DNA of 64,000 nucleotides from NCBI RefSeq assembly GCF_018977255.1, contig NW_024704742.1:45386001-45450000 (forward strand), read 5' to 3'. Positions within the stretch are counted from its first letter, which is position 1; every line of letters begins with the position of its first letter. A program made the position numbers and the translations under genes. The notes beneath the pieces are model-generated. The model had not been told where the DNA came from. It searched no databases and worked only from the letters and a program-made list of their open reading frames with translations. This stretch comes from Callorhinchus milii. Its lineage: Eukaryota. Shown one piece after another: positions 13,204 to 26,390 of this stretch.

Positions 13204-13877
13204 ATGTTTATCTGTGAAAGCCTCACAATTTTACGAGAATCAGACATTGGGACATTCCATTTTCTCCCCTGGGCTTAATATTTTGTCTATGGATCATGGC
13301 AGTGTGCTGGACTTGTAGCTATAAAAGCAATATGCTGAGTTCTCAGTCTTATATCCATTAAAAGCAGTGCTGCAGCTCAAGTTAGCACCATCATATTTGT
13401 TGGACCTCATGTGGAGCCATTTCGCTCAGCCACAAATTGCTGATTTGGAAGATTTTTCTTGTCTGTTTCTGTTGTGTAGCTGACAGGCTGACACAGTGGA
13501 TTTACTCCGACTGGAATTCAGAAAGCATGCATTCCCATGGGCCCTCCTTCTCCTGATTCTATGTCAGACACCCCTTTGAATCCGCCTGCACAAACATTTT
13601 ATTCATCTTGAGATTGGACAAAAGCACATGAGTTCTGTACTGTGCAGTGTTAAGCGCAGAAGACAGATCAGTTTCAGGAAAAGCTGGACAAGAGTTCCAC
13701 AATCAGCTCAAGTCCAAGATTGTACAATACATGTACAACGAACACATCATCCTTTATACTTTATGATTATCTTTGTATGGTATTAAATTCATTATATTTA
13801 ACAGATATCCTTGCGGAAGAAAGTTGAAGTTGAAGACGGTGTGGAGGATTGAGGATGGGGGAATTAAAAAAACCTAA

Positions 13878-14355
13878 AATAATCCTTTCATGTCAGGAGG
13901 ACACCTCAAAGTGCTTCACAGGATTCACTGTAAAACGTAGCGAATAATTTTTGTAGGCAAACCCAGCAGCCAATTATGTGCACAACGGTATCCCACAAAC
14001 AGCCACAAAGTGAATATCCATTTTAACTGAGTGTTAAGCACAAGACACACAGAAACTACACTTTACACTTAGGGAAGTCCTCCTGATGTGAAAACACTAT
14101 AGCAAATGTAAGGATTATTATTCTTAGCAAGGACACCGGGAGAGACTCCCTTATCTTTTTGAATAGTGTCATGGGATATTTAACAAGCTGACAGGATCAT
14201 GGTTTAACATCTCATCTGAGGACAGCATTTGCAACAATGCAGGGCTCCTAACACCCTACATTGAAGTGTTGGTTTAGACTATGCAAGTTCAAAGTCCCGA
14301 GGATTTTATAGCCTTCTGACTCAGAGGAGAGTGTGCTACCAACTGAGCTAAATTA
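13878..14355 (-). mobile_element. Older DeuSINE (SacSINE1/AmnSINE1-like), interrupted by a + strand SINE tail fragment at about 14055-14123
   Basis: Reverse Deu domain (ggacaccgggag..atagtgtcatgggat..ggtttaacatctcatc) and tRNA head (ttctgactcaga..gtgtgctaccaactgagcta). Confidence 0.8.
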
Positions 14356-15063
14356 ACACGTACATTTATGAGGATTAGCTTTTGTACCACAATTATGAGG
14401 ATTGGTTTTGCACTACAATAGGAGCAGCTGCTCTTTTTAAAAAAAGTGCACATATACAGGTCTCAATGTAGGCAGAAAATAGCATAACTGAAATAAACAC
14501 AAGAATTTTATTTCTTTATTAAAATGGGGTCACAACAGAAAACACTAGACATAGATTAATTAGCTGAAATAAATTCTGAATTCATAGATTGTTTTATTTG
14601 ATTAAATATTGCATAAACCACTTCATATTTTATAGTGGCTCACTTGATGGTTGTCAGGGTTGAGAAACAAAACCATGTAGAAAGAAATATAGCTTTATTC
14701 TGAAGCACACAAATTGGAGGGGCTCCTTTACTTTCTCTTTCGTGTTATTTAGGTGTCAATTTGCTTCAGTAAGTAGCATGCTTGCCTTCAAGTGTGAAGT
14801 TTGTGGGATCATTTTAAAAAAAAAGATTTTTGCTATCATGGGAGGATGGTAGGGTGAATATTCTGAAAGGATGAGATCAGATGAACCGAAGGGCCTTCCT
14901 CATCAACCAATCTTCTGATCTTGTCATTATAATAAAGGCTCATATGAAGAAAACCCTATGGTCCATATGATCTCATCCTTACAGAATACCCTAATCTACC
15001 ATCCTCCTATTAGAATATAAAGCCATTTTTTAAAATGGAAATCAATTGGTCCTGCAGCCTGTA

Positions 15064-15415
15064 GCAATCCAGTAGCTTAGTGGTTAGAGCACTCTCGTAA
15101 GCAAGAGGACTTGGGTTTGTTTCCCAGGCAGGGCAAAATGTTGGGCAAGTTTCCTTACTCCATATTCCTGTGTTTACCAAGCAGTAAGTAGGAACCCGGT
15201 TGTTAAATCGTTTGGCGAATAGCTTTTCCGGGGGTAATAATCCCTTTTAAAAAAAATTGGTCAATCAATTCACAACTGTTTGTGGGACACCACTGTGCAC
15301 GATTGCTGCTGCATTTTGCCCACAAAATAGACAGTCAATTCACTTTACAATATATTTTGTGAAGCGCTTTGAGACGTCTCGAAGACACGATAAGGTGCTA
15401 GGATTATTTTTATTG
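15064..15415 (+). mobile_element. tRNA-derived SINE, long form
   Basis: Same head and tail as the short form plus an extra internal block gtgtttaccaagcagtaagtaggaacccggttgtt... Confidence 0.9.
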
Positions 15416-15477
15416 TTAATTGAGCTCAAAGTCAAGGATGTGTCGTTCTTCTGTCCAGATTATATTGCCATTCTGTT

Positions 15478-15825
15478 TTTAGTTGGTAGCAATCTTATTG
15501 CTGGCTAGAAAGATTGTGAATTCAAGCCTGACATTAAGTCATGAGTTAACAATCTGGGCTGAAACCCCAGTGGTTTTTGCTTAATTGTCAGAGGTGCCAT
15601 TGTTTGGATGAAGCATTAAACTGAAGCTGGGTTTGCCTGTTTGCGTGGTTGGTAAAGATTCTATGACCTTATTTGATAACAAAGTCAGTTTCTCCTGGTG
15701 TCATGGCTAACAATCTGCCAGATAATGTATTCATTCACCTAATGACCGATGTGTTTGCCAACATAAAAAGTTGCTTTAACAACACTTTAGGGATATCAGG
15801 GTGTTATAAAAATGCAAGTTGTTGC
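15478..15825 (+). mobile_element. Older DeuSINE, degraded
   Basis: ttgtcagaggtgccattgtttggatgaagcattaaactga...tctcctggtgtcatggc matches the Deu domain; L2-like tail ataaaaatgcaagttgttg. Confidence 0.75.
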
Positions 15826-15831
15826 CCTCTT

Positions 15832-15873
15832 CACATACACACACACATGCACACATATATACATACATACACA
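15832..15873. repeat. Imperfect (CA)/(CATA) microsatellite
   Basis: cacatacacacacacatgcacacatatatacatacatacacaca is directly visible. Confidence 0.8.
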
Positions 15874-16431
15874 TTCACTTCACAAGTGCTTACAATATTA
15901 TTATTAGCAAAATTATTAATACATTGCTATTGTAAAAATATTGCAGAAATGTACAATTTAACAATGTAATAGACTCAAATCATTCTTATTAAGAAAGATT
16001 GAATTTCAGGACATATATATGTGCAGAAATCCAAAAAAGTATTTTTTGTATGTCACAGGTATCACTTACCCCGTGATTGCATGTATTTGCCTTGAAAACA
16101 TTCAATTTTATATATAATTTTATTGATTTCCAGATGGTCCACCCATTGTGTTGTTAATTTCTGATGTGCCTGCCTTATGATTCAAATAGATATAAAGGGA
16201 TCTTTGCAATTTCAGTGAATGTGTTGCAACTTTCTCCCAATGAAGTAATATTTCCCTTCGAAGCAATTTTACCCCCAAATTCAATTTAACTGGCTGCTCA
16301 TTTCATTGTTGCTTGGCAAAACCTTTGAAATTTTTTTTACATAAATTGTATAATAACTTTCTATATAAATGCAAATCATTACCTTATTATCACCAAATAA
16401 GAGCCTTAAAAAGAGCCTTATCTTTATAATT

Positions 16432-16575
16432 GGAAAATGACCCTTCATCAGACACCCTTGGTGAGAAATTCTACTGGGATTTTAACCCTAAATCTTAAAT
16501 ATTTTTCTTTCAAATGCTGATTGACCTGCTGTGTATCTCCATCATGTTTTGCTTTTATTTTAGACTTCCAGCCGT
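16432..16575. mobile_element. Probable Penelope-like element terminal remnant (related pieces near 11785 and 23975-24030)
   Basis: tgacccttcatcaga and gctgattgacctgctgtgtatctccatcatgttttgcttttattttagacttccagc resemble, from memory, a common shark Penelope-associated terminal repeat. Heavily degraded. Confidence 0.45.
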
Positions 16576-18224
16576 TTAGTGTCTCCACGATTTTTATGAC
16601 TTGCATATTTACTATTTCACAAGAAGCTGTTCAGGTTATAAGCCAGTGGTTTGTTACCACCATAAATGCATTGTTATTCAGTAGAAGTATGTGCTGGAAA
16701 TCAAAGTAGTGCTTGTAAAATGCTTGAATAGTTGCAGCAAGACTATAAGGAACAGAAATGGATTTGAAGCTGCTGATGTAAACTGACAACTAGCCTTTGA
16801 GGGAAATGGCATGGACAGTTCTTTAGAGAAGAGTGTTTTGATGATGGAGCAAATGGAACAGACAAACTGTGAGTTAGGTGTAGAAAAGTGAAATGGATTG
16901 CCTTCATGCACGTACAATGACCCCGTTGCAAAAGCAAGTTTCATTGGGTTGTACTGGGGTCTGAAATTCAAGGTTTCCTTCCTGGATTCACATAGGATAG
17001 CAAACATGAATCCTCCGATAATCAGATGTACACTGTACTGACTTGTGAGAATGCTGTTTTCATTGATAAGAGAACAAGTCAGAGCATAGTTTGTTTGGGT
17101 TAAGAAGACGCATATCCAGTTCACATCAGGGTTCAATGTTTATGATCCATTGCAATTACAGGTTGCAAATGCTACATTTCTGACCCTCTCTAAGGCACAT
17201 GTAAAGGCTGAATTCAGAAGCCAACAGTTTGGATACTTTATTCTTGTAAACAAGGACACTGCAAATTATGGTTGTAACAAAGGAATAAAATCTTCCTTAA
17301 TAAGTCTTTTGTCAATTATTTGGCTGGGGATTAAAACCAAAAAAGAGAATGGATCGAGAATAGGTCATTGAACTCATCACACCTGCTCTTTCAGAGACTA
17401 CGCGCACATAAAACCTTCTTCCTGTATTCAACTCCAACCATTTTATCTCTTGGGAAGAAGTTCTGCACAGGCAAGCCCGTGGTTGAAGAGTTGAGATGTG
17501 GGGGTGGTTGTTTGAATAAGCTACAGATTTTGCTTGGTCGCATTTTAACTATTCCATTCCTGAGGGTATTTATTCATACGAATCTGCACCTTTTCAAATA
17601 AAATAATGAGTTATCTTTTGAAAGCGTTAATTTCAAAAATTAAACCTTGGTACGTTAGTTGTTTTTTTCAAGGGAGCCAGATGGCAAATGATAGATGGCA
17701 CGGCAGGACCAGAAGGGTCTGGGTTTGTGTACCTGTGCCTTTTACTTTCCAAGGTCAGCAAAATAAATCCCACATGTAAAGACTACTCTCCTTGGTGGGA
17801 AAGTAATCAGGATCTCTAGGGTTTAACTGACTCCAAGGAAAGCATGCTGCTCCATGGGAATTCAAACATTGTTCAGCTTATCTGGCACATCATTAAGACT
17901 TAGATGTGTAAGAATGTCAGGTAGCCGACAAACTGTGAAGAGAAATTCCATCTGGGTCTAGATTTACTCTATTTATGTAGCAGCTCAGAGTGTCCAAATT
18001 TTGGCTTAAATACTTAAGCTATACTATAAAGACAGACAAGTACCGTCTAACAATGGTACAAACACTTATTACATGTAGACATGGTTACATAATTTTACTT
18101 TCAAGTGAATCTTTAAAAAAATTGTATATATGAAAAAAGTGGTCCTTGAAGAAGCAGAATATTTCTGTAGAATAGAACCGGGACGGTATTTTGGTCCAGG
18201 TCTAAAATGTTATTAAATGGATAA

Positions 18225-18382
18225 ATAATCCTTGAATTTGATATAGTGTCTCCTCACGTTGTCAGAATGTCTCAAAGCACTTCATAGAATTTACGATAAA
18301 GTGTAGTGACTCTAGGTGAATGCGGCAGCCAATTTATGCACAGCAACGTCCCACAAACAGCCATGAAGTGAGTTACCAATTC
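18225..18382 (-). mobile_element. SINE 3' half, diverged
   Basis: aataatccttg..ttgatatag..gcagccaatt..gcacagcaacgtcccacaaacagcc. Confidence 0.8.
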
Positions 18383-21034
18383 TCTTATTCCCAATAATGC
18401 CGTAAATAAATAGAGACAGACTCTTGTGAAATCACCTATTGAATGACATTTTGTAGAGTTGAGTCACTACTTTGCAAATTTGTTGACTCCCTAAACCTGG
18501 AATCGAAAACACAGTGATGAAGATTGCAATATTCTGCAGTCTGAGAATAACAAGATGCTATCTGATTAGATGGACTGAAACCTGTGTAGAAAAGGGGAAA
18601 TATACTAGCTTTCTGACCAGCAGTAAGCTAATATTTACATTTACTAATGCACCTGACTTGATTTTTCATCTATTCTGCAGCAGACAACTGCACCATTTTA
18701 GAAGATGTGCTGGCTTTGCTTTTTAAATGTAAAAAGATTTAATTGCTTATCAATAATGTTGTGATGATATGAGAAGATGGAACAGACTGACTCAATAAGC
18801 CATAGGTACAGAGTTGAATGAGGCATTCAAAAGATAGATACTTGATAAGCAGATATTAAGGAATGCAAAGAAAGGTGGAGAAATTGAATTAAAGAGAATT
18901 GCTATAGATTTAATGGCAGAGCAAAGTCAATGGGTCGAATGGTCTACTTGGGATCTTGTATTCACCTTCGATGAAATGCTTCATTTTCTTTGATAGTAAC
19001 TTGAGTAGGTCTCCATTTAGTAAAGCTAATTTCCAAGTTATCACAGAGTATTGAATACATATAGTGAAGGTTACAGTTGTAATTTTATTTTTAAGTGAAT
19101 CTTTTAAAAAATAGTTTGTATAAAAATAATGTGATCATTCCTTTTCACGTTCACTATGAGGTATAAAAGTCAATTTGCATCGAAAATAAAAAAAATGAGA
19201 AGAGGTTTGTCAGTTTATATGCGGGAGACAACTGCAGTGATCTGGGATAATCCCATTTACACTACCTGTAATATAAATGTAAATCAAATAATGATGAACT
19301 GGCTTTTAGTAAGATTTATTCAGAAGTTGAAAAAGAACATTGTACACAATCTGCACCTTGTTTGTAAAGAGCAACAATTTTTATTGAACATTTTTTTCCA
19401 GTTGCAGCAAAATACAACAGAGAATAGAATTGAAATGTGCTTGATATACATGTTACTTCCCTTTGGGATTACTGTAATATTTAGGTGCTCTGAGTAATTG
19501 TGCTCACAGCTTTTCCAAGTAGGGAATTGAATGGGTACAATTTAAATAAACATTGTGAAAAAAATCCTACTGTTTTTCTAATATTTTATTATTAGTTTCT
19601 TGAGAATTTCCTGTAAACCTTGGAATAGGCTTTTCCCCATGAAAAATGTTGCACTTTAGTATTTTAAACTGGTACCTTCACAGTACAGATTTATATTTGT
19701 GATGAGGGCTGAGTGCTAACAGTCATCCCTGTGTGGGTGCTGAGTAAGGATTTGTGAGTTTAATGCTGATTTTTGCAGTTGGTTCTACAGGGTTTACCAA
19801 GTCATAATAATCTAGTAATCCAGAGTTACTGACTTCGCAATTGTCAGTTTGACTCTGCATCATGCTTGTGTGTTTGATAACCTCACTACACAAAAGACCA
19901 CATTAAAATGAATATACCCCCTCACTCCGACAGCCTTTCCCTCTAATTTTCTCTTCCTATCCCTCATGTTGGGATATATGTTCCCAGTTAGCCTTCTCAA
20001 GTGACCATTCTTCATTCATAAGCCTGAACAATATTGATAGATTATTCAATCAATACCTTGCCCTTTAATCCCTATTTACATTTAAATAAATGGACATTCT
20101 CTCTGAGGTGAAAACACTCATCTCTGGAGCCAGACGAGAAGCTAAAAGCTTTGTAATAGATTAGTTTAAAAGACCTCCTGTAAATCCTGGTATATAATTG
20201 AGACATCTGTGGTGACCATTCCTCAAATCAAGTCATCTTCCAAGGCAGAAAGACTCCTTCAGTGATAAAGTGATGCAGTTTCCTTTTGCTGTGGTCAGAT
20301 TTTAAATTGAATTGGCTCTATCTACTGTTTGAACTAAAATAAAGATTAGCTTTGTTTCTAAGTATTTTACAGAAAATTACTTTTTCCATATATTTGGGGC
20401 GTTTGATAGAGAAATGCAGGAGATTATTTTCTCTTGAGCCTGAGTGGAAAGACTTTGACAAAATGCGCTTATGATGTGATTCTCCATTGTAGGAAACCAC
20501 AGTTAGGTGAGTAAAAACTGTGTGTTGCTCCTGGACTAGTCCCAAGGCTTGTGTCTAACGGTACATGATTTGTCATTCTATAAATGAATAAAAGCTATTT
20601 CCGTGAAACATAATCCTTGCCAGTACTTACTGAGAAGGCTGGACCCTCAAACTGAGTTGTCTGTACACCGCTTGATATTTGATTGGTTCCCTGTTCTCCT
20701 GGGGAAAAGGAACTCTGGCACTAACATTTTCGGAACACTGAAGGGGCTCAAATGATGCCATGAAGCAAATATTATTTGTATATTATTCACAGTCACGTGA
20801 CAACTGTGGATTATGCATCCGCTGCCATCTCACTTCTTGCAGTTTCACTATTTTTAATGGTGAAAGAAACTGAGCCATCAACACTAATATATTTTCTGAA
20901 ATATCAAAGCATTTTACAGGGTGAAAAATTATAGTAAAAGAAAATCTTCATGTATTATAGCTACTTTTAAATAGTAAGAAAATAAACATATTCCCTGATT
21001 GATGTCATGCACCCAATAACAGCTGTATTTTGTC

Positions 21035-21322
21035 CATCCTTTGGATGAGATGTTAAACCAAGGTCCTATCTGCCTGTCCAGGTGGATGTTAAAGATCCTA
21101 TGGCAAAGAGTGATGGGAGTTTATGTCAATGTCATGGCCAACAATCCCCCAATAAAGCTGATCACTCACTCCAAGCTGTTTGTGGGACATTGCTAATGTG
21201 CAAATTCTCTGCCGAGTTAGCCAGCGAGTTAGTCAACACATATACACGGTCTCACCACTTTACAGTGTATCCTGTGAAGTGCTTTGAAATGTTGATGACC
21301 TATTATATGCAAGGATTATTAT
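21035..21322 (+). mobile_element. Older DeuSINE, 3' two-thirds
   Basis: ctttggatgagatgttaaaccaaggtcctatctgcctgtccaggtggatgttaaagatcctatggca is the Deu core; tail atgcaaggattatt. Confidence 0.85.
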
Positions 21323-21490
21323 ATTTCCTTTCTACTGGATTATTATATTTCCTTTCTACTGGAAACTGCCCTTTTTATTATGGGGGCATCTTGAAAGTGG
21401 AGTAAGACTGAGCAGAGATGCTGTATTTTGGGTATCACAAAGAAAATCTATGTAGGTTTAACACAATCTCTCAATTCACTGAATGAATAG

Positions 21491-21806
21491 TAATAATAAT
21501 CCTTGCATTTGATATAGCGCTTTTCACGTCAGGAGGACGTCCCAAAGCGCTTCACAGAACACACTGTAAAGTGAATTGGCTGTATATTTGCGGGCAAACG
21601 CGGAAGCCAATTGCGCACAGCAATGTCCCACAAACAGTCGTAGATTGAAAATGAACAATTTATTATTGTTTTTGGTTTTGGAGGGATTATTATTATTAGG
21701 TGTGTGGAGTAAGGAAACTTGCCCAAGGTTTCGCCCTGCCTGGAATTGAACTCACGTCTCTCGCTTGCAAAGCAAGTGCTCTAACCACTGAGCTACAGGA
21801 CTCCAC
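21491..21806 (-). mobile_element. Young tRNA-derived SINE, full-length short form
   Basis: Complete head (A and B boxes), body and (ATT)n tail; closely matches the 41004 and 63236 copies. Confidence 0.95.
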
Positions 21807-22732
21807 GTAGGCTGAGTTATTGCATGGTGAACTGCCAGACATATCCCGGCTACCAGAGAAGAGTATTACATTATGCTATATTGGCAATGCTTAATTTCCT
21901 TTGTAATCCTACATGCAAAATGAACCAGTTTCTCTATGCCTTGTGCCATTTTGCATTATCATCTCTAATCCCAGAGGTTATCTTTAATTCTGTATCATCA
22001 CCCAAATTGGAACAAAACCAAGTAGCAGAGGTTAAACCAAGAAATTCCATTCAATAGAAAAGCATACCGGAAGGATGGCAGAGGATTAAAGGCAGAAATC
22101 CTGAAGTTCAGATAACTTAAATACACAAGAGTAAAGCTTGAGTGATTTATGAAGTCCTTTGATCCCATCAACTGGATCCATTTCCATCTCTCTGGTCTAT
22201 CGTTGACTTTGTTCTTGATATACAATCTCATTTATTCCTTGAGGTCAGTTCTTGGGGCTTTCTGCTAAACTGTGTCCTGCATTGCTGACAGGTGCCGATA
22301 TAGAACCTGTTTCAGTAACAAAGACTTTCTGATAGCCATATCACAATGCACCGCACCAGCCTTGCCAGCAGTCACCACGGGAAACTTGTGCAGGCAGTCT
22401 GCTTATCATACCATGTGCAAGGCTAACTTACATTACATTTCCTTTCTACTGGAAACTGTCCTTTTTATTATGGGGATCATGCAGGCTTCCATCCTTAACC
22501 TGTCACTTGACCAGCTGCTCATGTTTCCTTTGCCTTCTCCCTGTATCTCTACAACAGTGGTTCATAAGAAAATCTCCTGCATTCATCAAGGATTGTTCGT
22601 TGTGTTAGATATCACATAGCAGACAATAAAGAAGTCTTTTGTGACCTAAACTAATAATCCATACATTAGGTATAACCCCTTCCATTCAATGTAACAAAAT
22701 ATTGGAATAGGGTTTCCAGATCTTCATAATAA

Positions 22733-23065
22733 ATAATAATAATAATACTTGTATTTGATATAATGCCTCACCACATTATTGAAATCACATCACAACATCG
22801 AATACAAAGTCCAGTGACTGGATTTTTAGGTGAATGTGACATCTAACCAATCTAACCAATTTGCACACAGCAATGTCCCACAACTAGCCATGAAGTGAAA
22901 TGAATTAAATCTAGCTTTGATGACGTTGAGTTTGTGCATATAAATATAACTGTAATACCGTTTTATTTTTATAATTTAATTTACAAAAAATAAGGCTTGG
23001 GCGTCAGATTCTCAACCTTGTGATCCAGAAATAAGAATGCCACCAATTGATCCAAACTGACACCT
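22733..23065 (-). mobile_element. Degraded DeuSINE-type element (tail about 22733-22900, head about 23000-23065)
   Basis: Tail and gcacagcaatgtcccaca block; head remnant accaattgatccaaactgacacct. Confidence 0.6.
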
Positions 23066-23201
23066 TAATCAAAGTTGATATGAGTAGGAGAGAAAAGTGA
23101 TACATTTATCAGAATAGTTAAGCTGATAGTCTTAAAATCCTGTGCATTGTAGGAGGAAGGTAAACACTCCCAATCCTAGAAAACAATAAATTAAACTACG
23201 G

Positions 23202-23518
23202 AATAATAATAATAATAATCCTTGCATTTGATATAGCGCTTTTCATGTCTTCTTGACATCTCAAAGCGCTTCACAGAATATGCTGTAAAGAGATTTGACT
23301 ATATTTTTGTGCGAAACGCGGCAGCCAATTGTGCACAGCAGTGTCCCACAAACAGGCATGGATTGAAATGACCAATTTATTATTGTTTTGTTTTGGAGGG
23401 ATTATTATTAGATATGTGGAGTAAGCAAACTTGCCCAAGGTTTCGCCCTGCCTGGAATTGAACCCAGGTGTCTCACTTGCAAGACGAGTGCTCTAACCAC
23501 TGAGTTACAGGACTCCAC
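23202..23518 (-). mobile_element. Young tRNA-derived SINE, full-length short form
   Basis: Complete element ending ...accactgagttacaggactccac. Confidence 0.95.
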
Positions 23519-23656
23519 AAACAGTGCAATAAGATCCAATTTCAACATACAGAAGAATGCAGGGGGATAAACTAGTAAGTTTGTTATTTTACTTTACTGT
23601 CTTTATTATTTAAAACTTGAAATGAGCTATTATTGAGAAAGGAGACAAGGGTAAAG

Positions 23657-23900
23657 AACAACAACAACTTGCACTGATATAGCACCCTCCACACAGGGAT
23701 GAGTTATTTAAGCATATCAGAGTGTTTAAAAGAAGGTTGAAATGGAAGGAGAATTACAACAAAAGGTGAGAGATATGTCACTTTGAGGTGACGTGAGAGG
23801 TGGGAAGGAATTTACAGGTGAGGATGAGGACCTTAAAATTGATCTGTTGACAGACAGGAAGCCAGGGGAGTCTGACTAAGACTGATATAATGGATGTGTA
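23657..23900 (-). mobile_element. L2 3' fragment
   Basis: acaacaacaacttgcac..atatagcac tail and ttgatctg...ggaagccag (reverse of LHWLP...RI.F). Confidence 0.6.
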
Positions 23901-26029
23901 GAGTTTGGGTGTGGAACTGGATCCATCAGCTTGAAGGAACCCCTTTATTAATCTAACATTGTCCTTCAGTTTCAGCTGATCTGTTGTGCATTTCCACCAT
24001 TCTCTGTTATTAATTCAGATATCCAGCGTACATTTTTTTAAAAAAAGTATTTCTGTCCATGGATTAAGAGGCTGAAGAAGTTACTGTTACTTTTTAAAAT
24101 GGTTTGTCCTCTTTCGTGCCAACTTGTTCAAATAATGTTCCAGTTGATGGGTTGGAAATGACCTCCTGTGTCCCACAAACATTAAGAGACCATATCAATG
24201 ACTTGTATGTTTGCTGATAAAATAAGAAAAAAATGCATGAAAACAGATTTTTATTTGAAGAAAAACACACTTGTCTCTCTAAGCAAAACAATTTACCAAA
24301 TATATTTTTCTTAAAGTCAGTGCCTCTTTAAAATTGGTGATAAATGACACAATAACCTTGGCTTACGTGTCAGCCTTTTCCACATCCAAGCGTCATTTAC
24401 CAGTGAGTTTCATGCCTTTCATTAGAGCAATAAAATTGTAGCGACAGTGTAACTGAAGAGGATATGGCTTCTTTAATGTTCCTAGGGCACAGGAGGCCAT
24501 TTCCAACCCAATGCCTGGACATTATTTCAACAATCTGGTACAGACGAGGACCAGAAATATATGTAAATCAGGTCATGTATATTTATTAATGGTACAAAAT
24601 AACACCTTGTATCACTGAATGAAATATTTGCTTCACAACAAGTCACAGATGGGCACAATGTGACATACTGTAACATCCAAGAAATAAAAAGCTGAAAGGA
24701 TTTATTCATATGGTCGTATATTGCTCCAGAGCAATTTTTTCCCGCAGTGACCATTGCTTATATTTTAGTTGTCCTGTGTGCTCCCCAATTTGATTCCAAT
24801 GCCCCTATCAGCTGTATTTCTACTTCCACATAATCGACATGGAAAAAAAAAAAAATTTCTTCACTACGTTAATATATTAAGAACCTAGGAGGCAATACAG
24901 AACACATGTGGTACAAATTTATTATTTTAATGTAAAAATATCTGTCAAATTATTGTGCATGATGTAATCATATTGAAAGGATAGGTCATAAAATTGATAT
25001 AAGTCACTGAGATACACCAGTGATGTTAGTCATTTTAAGTCAGCAGAAATGTCAAATGAGTACATTACATTATCTATCGAATTACTAAACACCATTGACT
25101 GCAGTGCATCATTGCTAGAAAAGTCTGAAAGTAGGTTGAATAAAAATATAACCATTTCAATGACTTGATAAAATAACTGAAAGAAAACCAGGATTGTGAA
25201 TTCATGCTAGTGATAACATTTGGGACTGTCTTACCTTTACGCTCATTAACTTTTCGCTCGTAAGAAAAACAGTAAATACCTAATTTATTTAGACAGATTG
25301 GAGGATTTATATTGTAAGGGGAAGATTGTAGTATGCTGTGCGATAATTATCACAGGGATAGAATTAGCAGTCGTTTTTACCCTGGTGCCTAACAACTAGT
25401 TTGAGACTGAAAACCCATTCTGAGGTTTTCAGAGTGGTTTCTCCCTTCAAGCAATTCAGAACTAAATCAGCACTTTATTTAAAAAAAATTGTGAGGCTTT
25501 TTGTTACAAACAACTAACAGCCTTTAATTATTTCTGGCTGCTTGTCCCTACCTGTTATGGCTTTGACTTGCAGGGTTGACAGGAGCTGAATGGGATGAAC
25601 CCTCGCTCCTAACACATGATTTAAAAACTGGGATTTTCTTATTGCTCACCCAGATAGGCAAATACATGTAGGCACATACTCACACATGAGCATCCACACT
25701 CAGAATGTTTATACTCTGGATTTATTTTGTTAATTTAATTTGTCTGAACTACAAAATGTTAGTGATTGAGGTAAAAGGAATTAGGTCCAACTCATAGTGT
25801 GCTCTGATTAAACACAGAGGGCATCAGGTTTTTTTCCAGCATCAGGGGTCGTGTATTGGCCCATACACTCACTGATATTTAGTCAGTGCATCAGTCAAGG
25901 TAATTCATACAGTGGACTTTCTATGATGAATCATCCCTGCAATGAATGCAACTGATTTCCCTGTGTTATATTACCAAGCAGGTGGATGGAGAACTCTTAG
26001 GTGCAAATGTACACTTGCAAGAGATACAA

Positions 26030-26390
26030 TGCAGTTTGCCTGGCTTAGTTTGTAGCACTTGAGTGTGTTAGCCAGAAGGATGTGGGTTTACGTCCCCCTT
26101 GTCAAGACTTCCATCTTACAGTGTAGCTGCTGATGTTGCACTGCATTATCAGTCGTGCCATCTTTCAGATGAGACATTAAACCAATGTCTCGTCTGCCTA
26201 TCCAGGTGGATGTCAAAGATAAATTTGGTTGTTCACTTGATGAGTGTTTGAGGGAACATTACTGCAAACCAAATGGTGCTGGATTTGCCTACAAAACCAA
26301 CAGACACCACACTTTACAGTAATTCCCGGGAAGTGCTTTGAGTCGTCTCAACATCATGATAAGTTGTCATATCAAATACAAGGATTACAA
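26030..26390 (+). mobile_element. Older DeuSINE
   Basis: gtgccatctttcagatgagacattaaacc..gtctgcctatccaggtggatgtcaaagat Deu core, tRNA-like head and L2-like tail. Confidence 0.8.

Noticed and set aside
16436..16460. Hammerhead ribozyme core (CTGATGA on the minus strand; also near 49966 on +)
   Set aside because: No properly placed GAAA or closing stems; at most a decayed Penelope remnant or a chance match.
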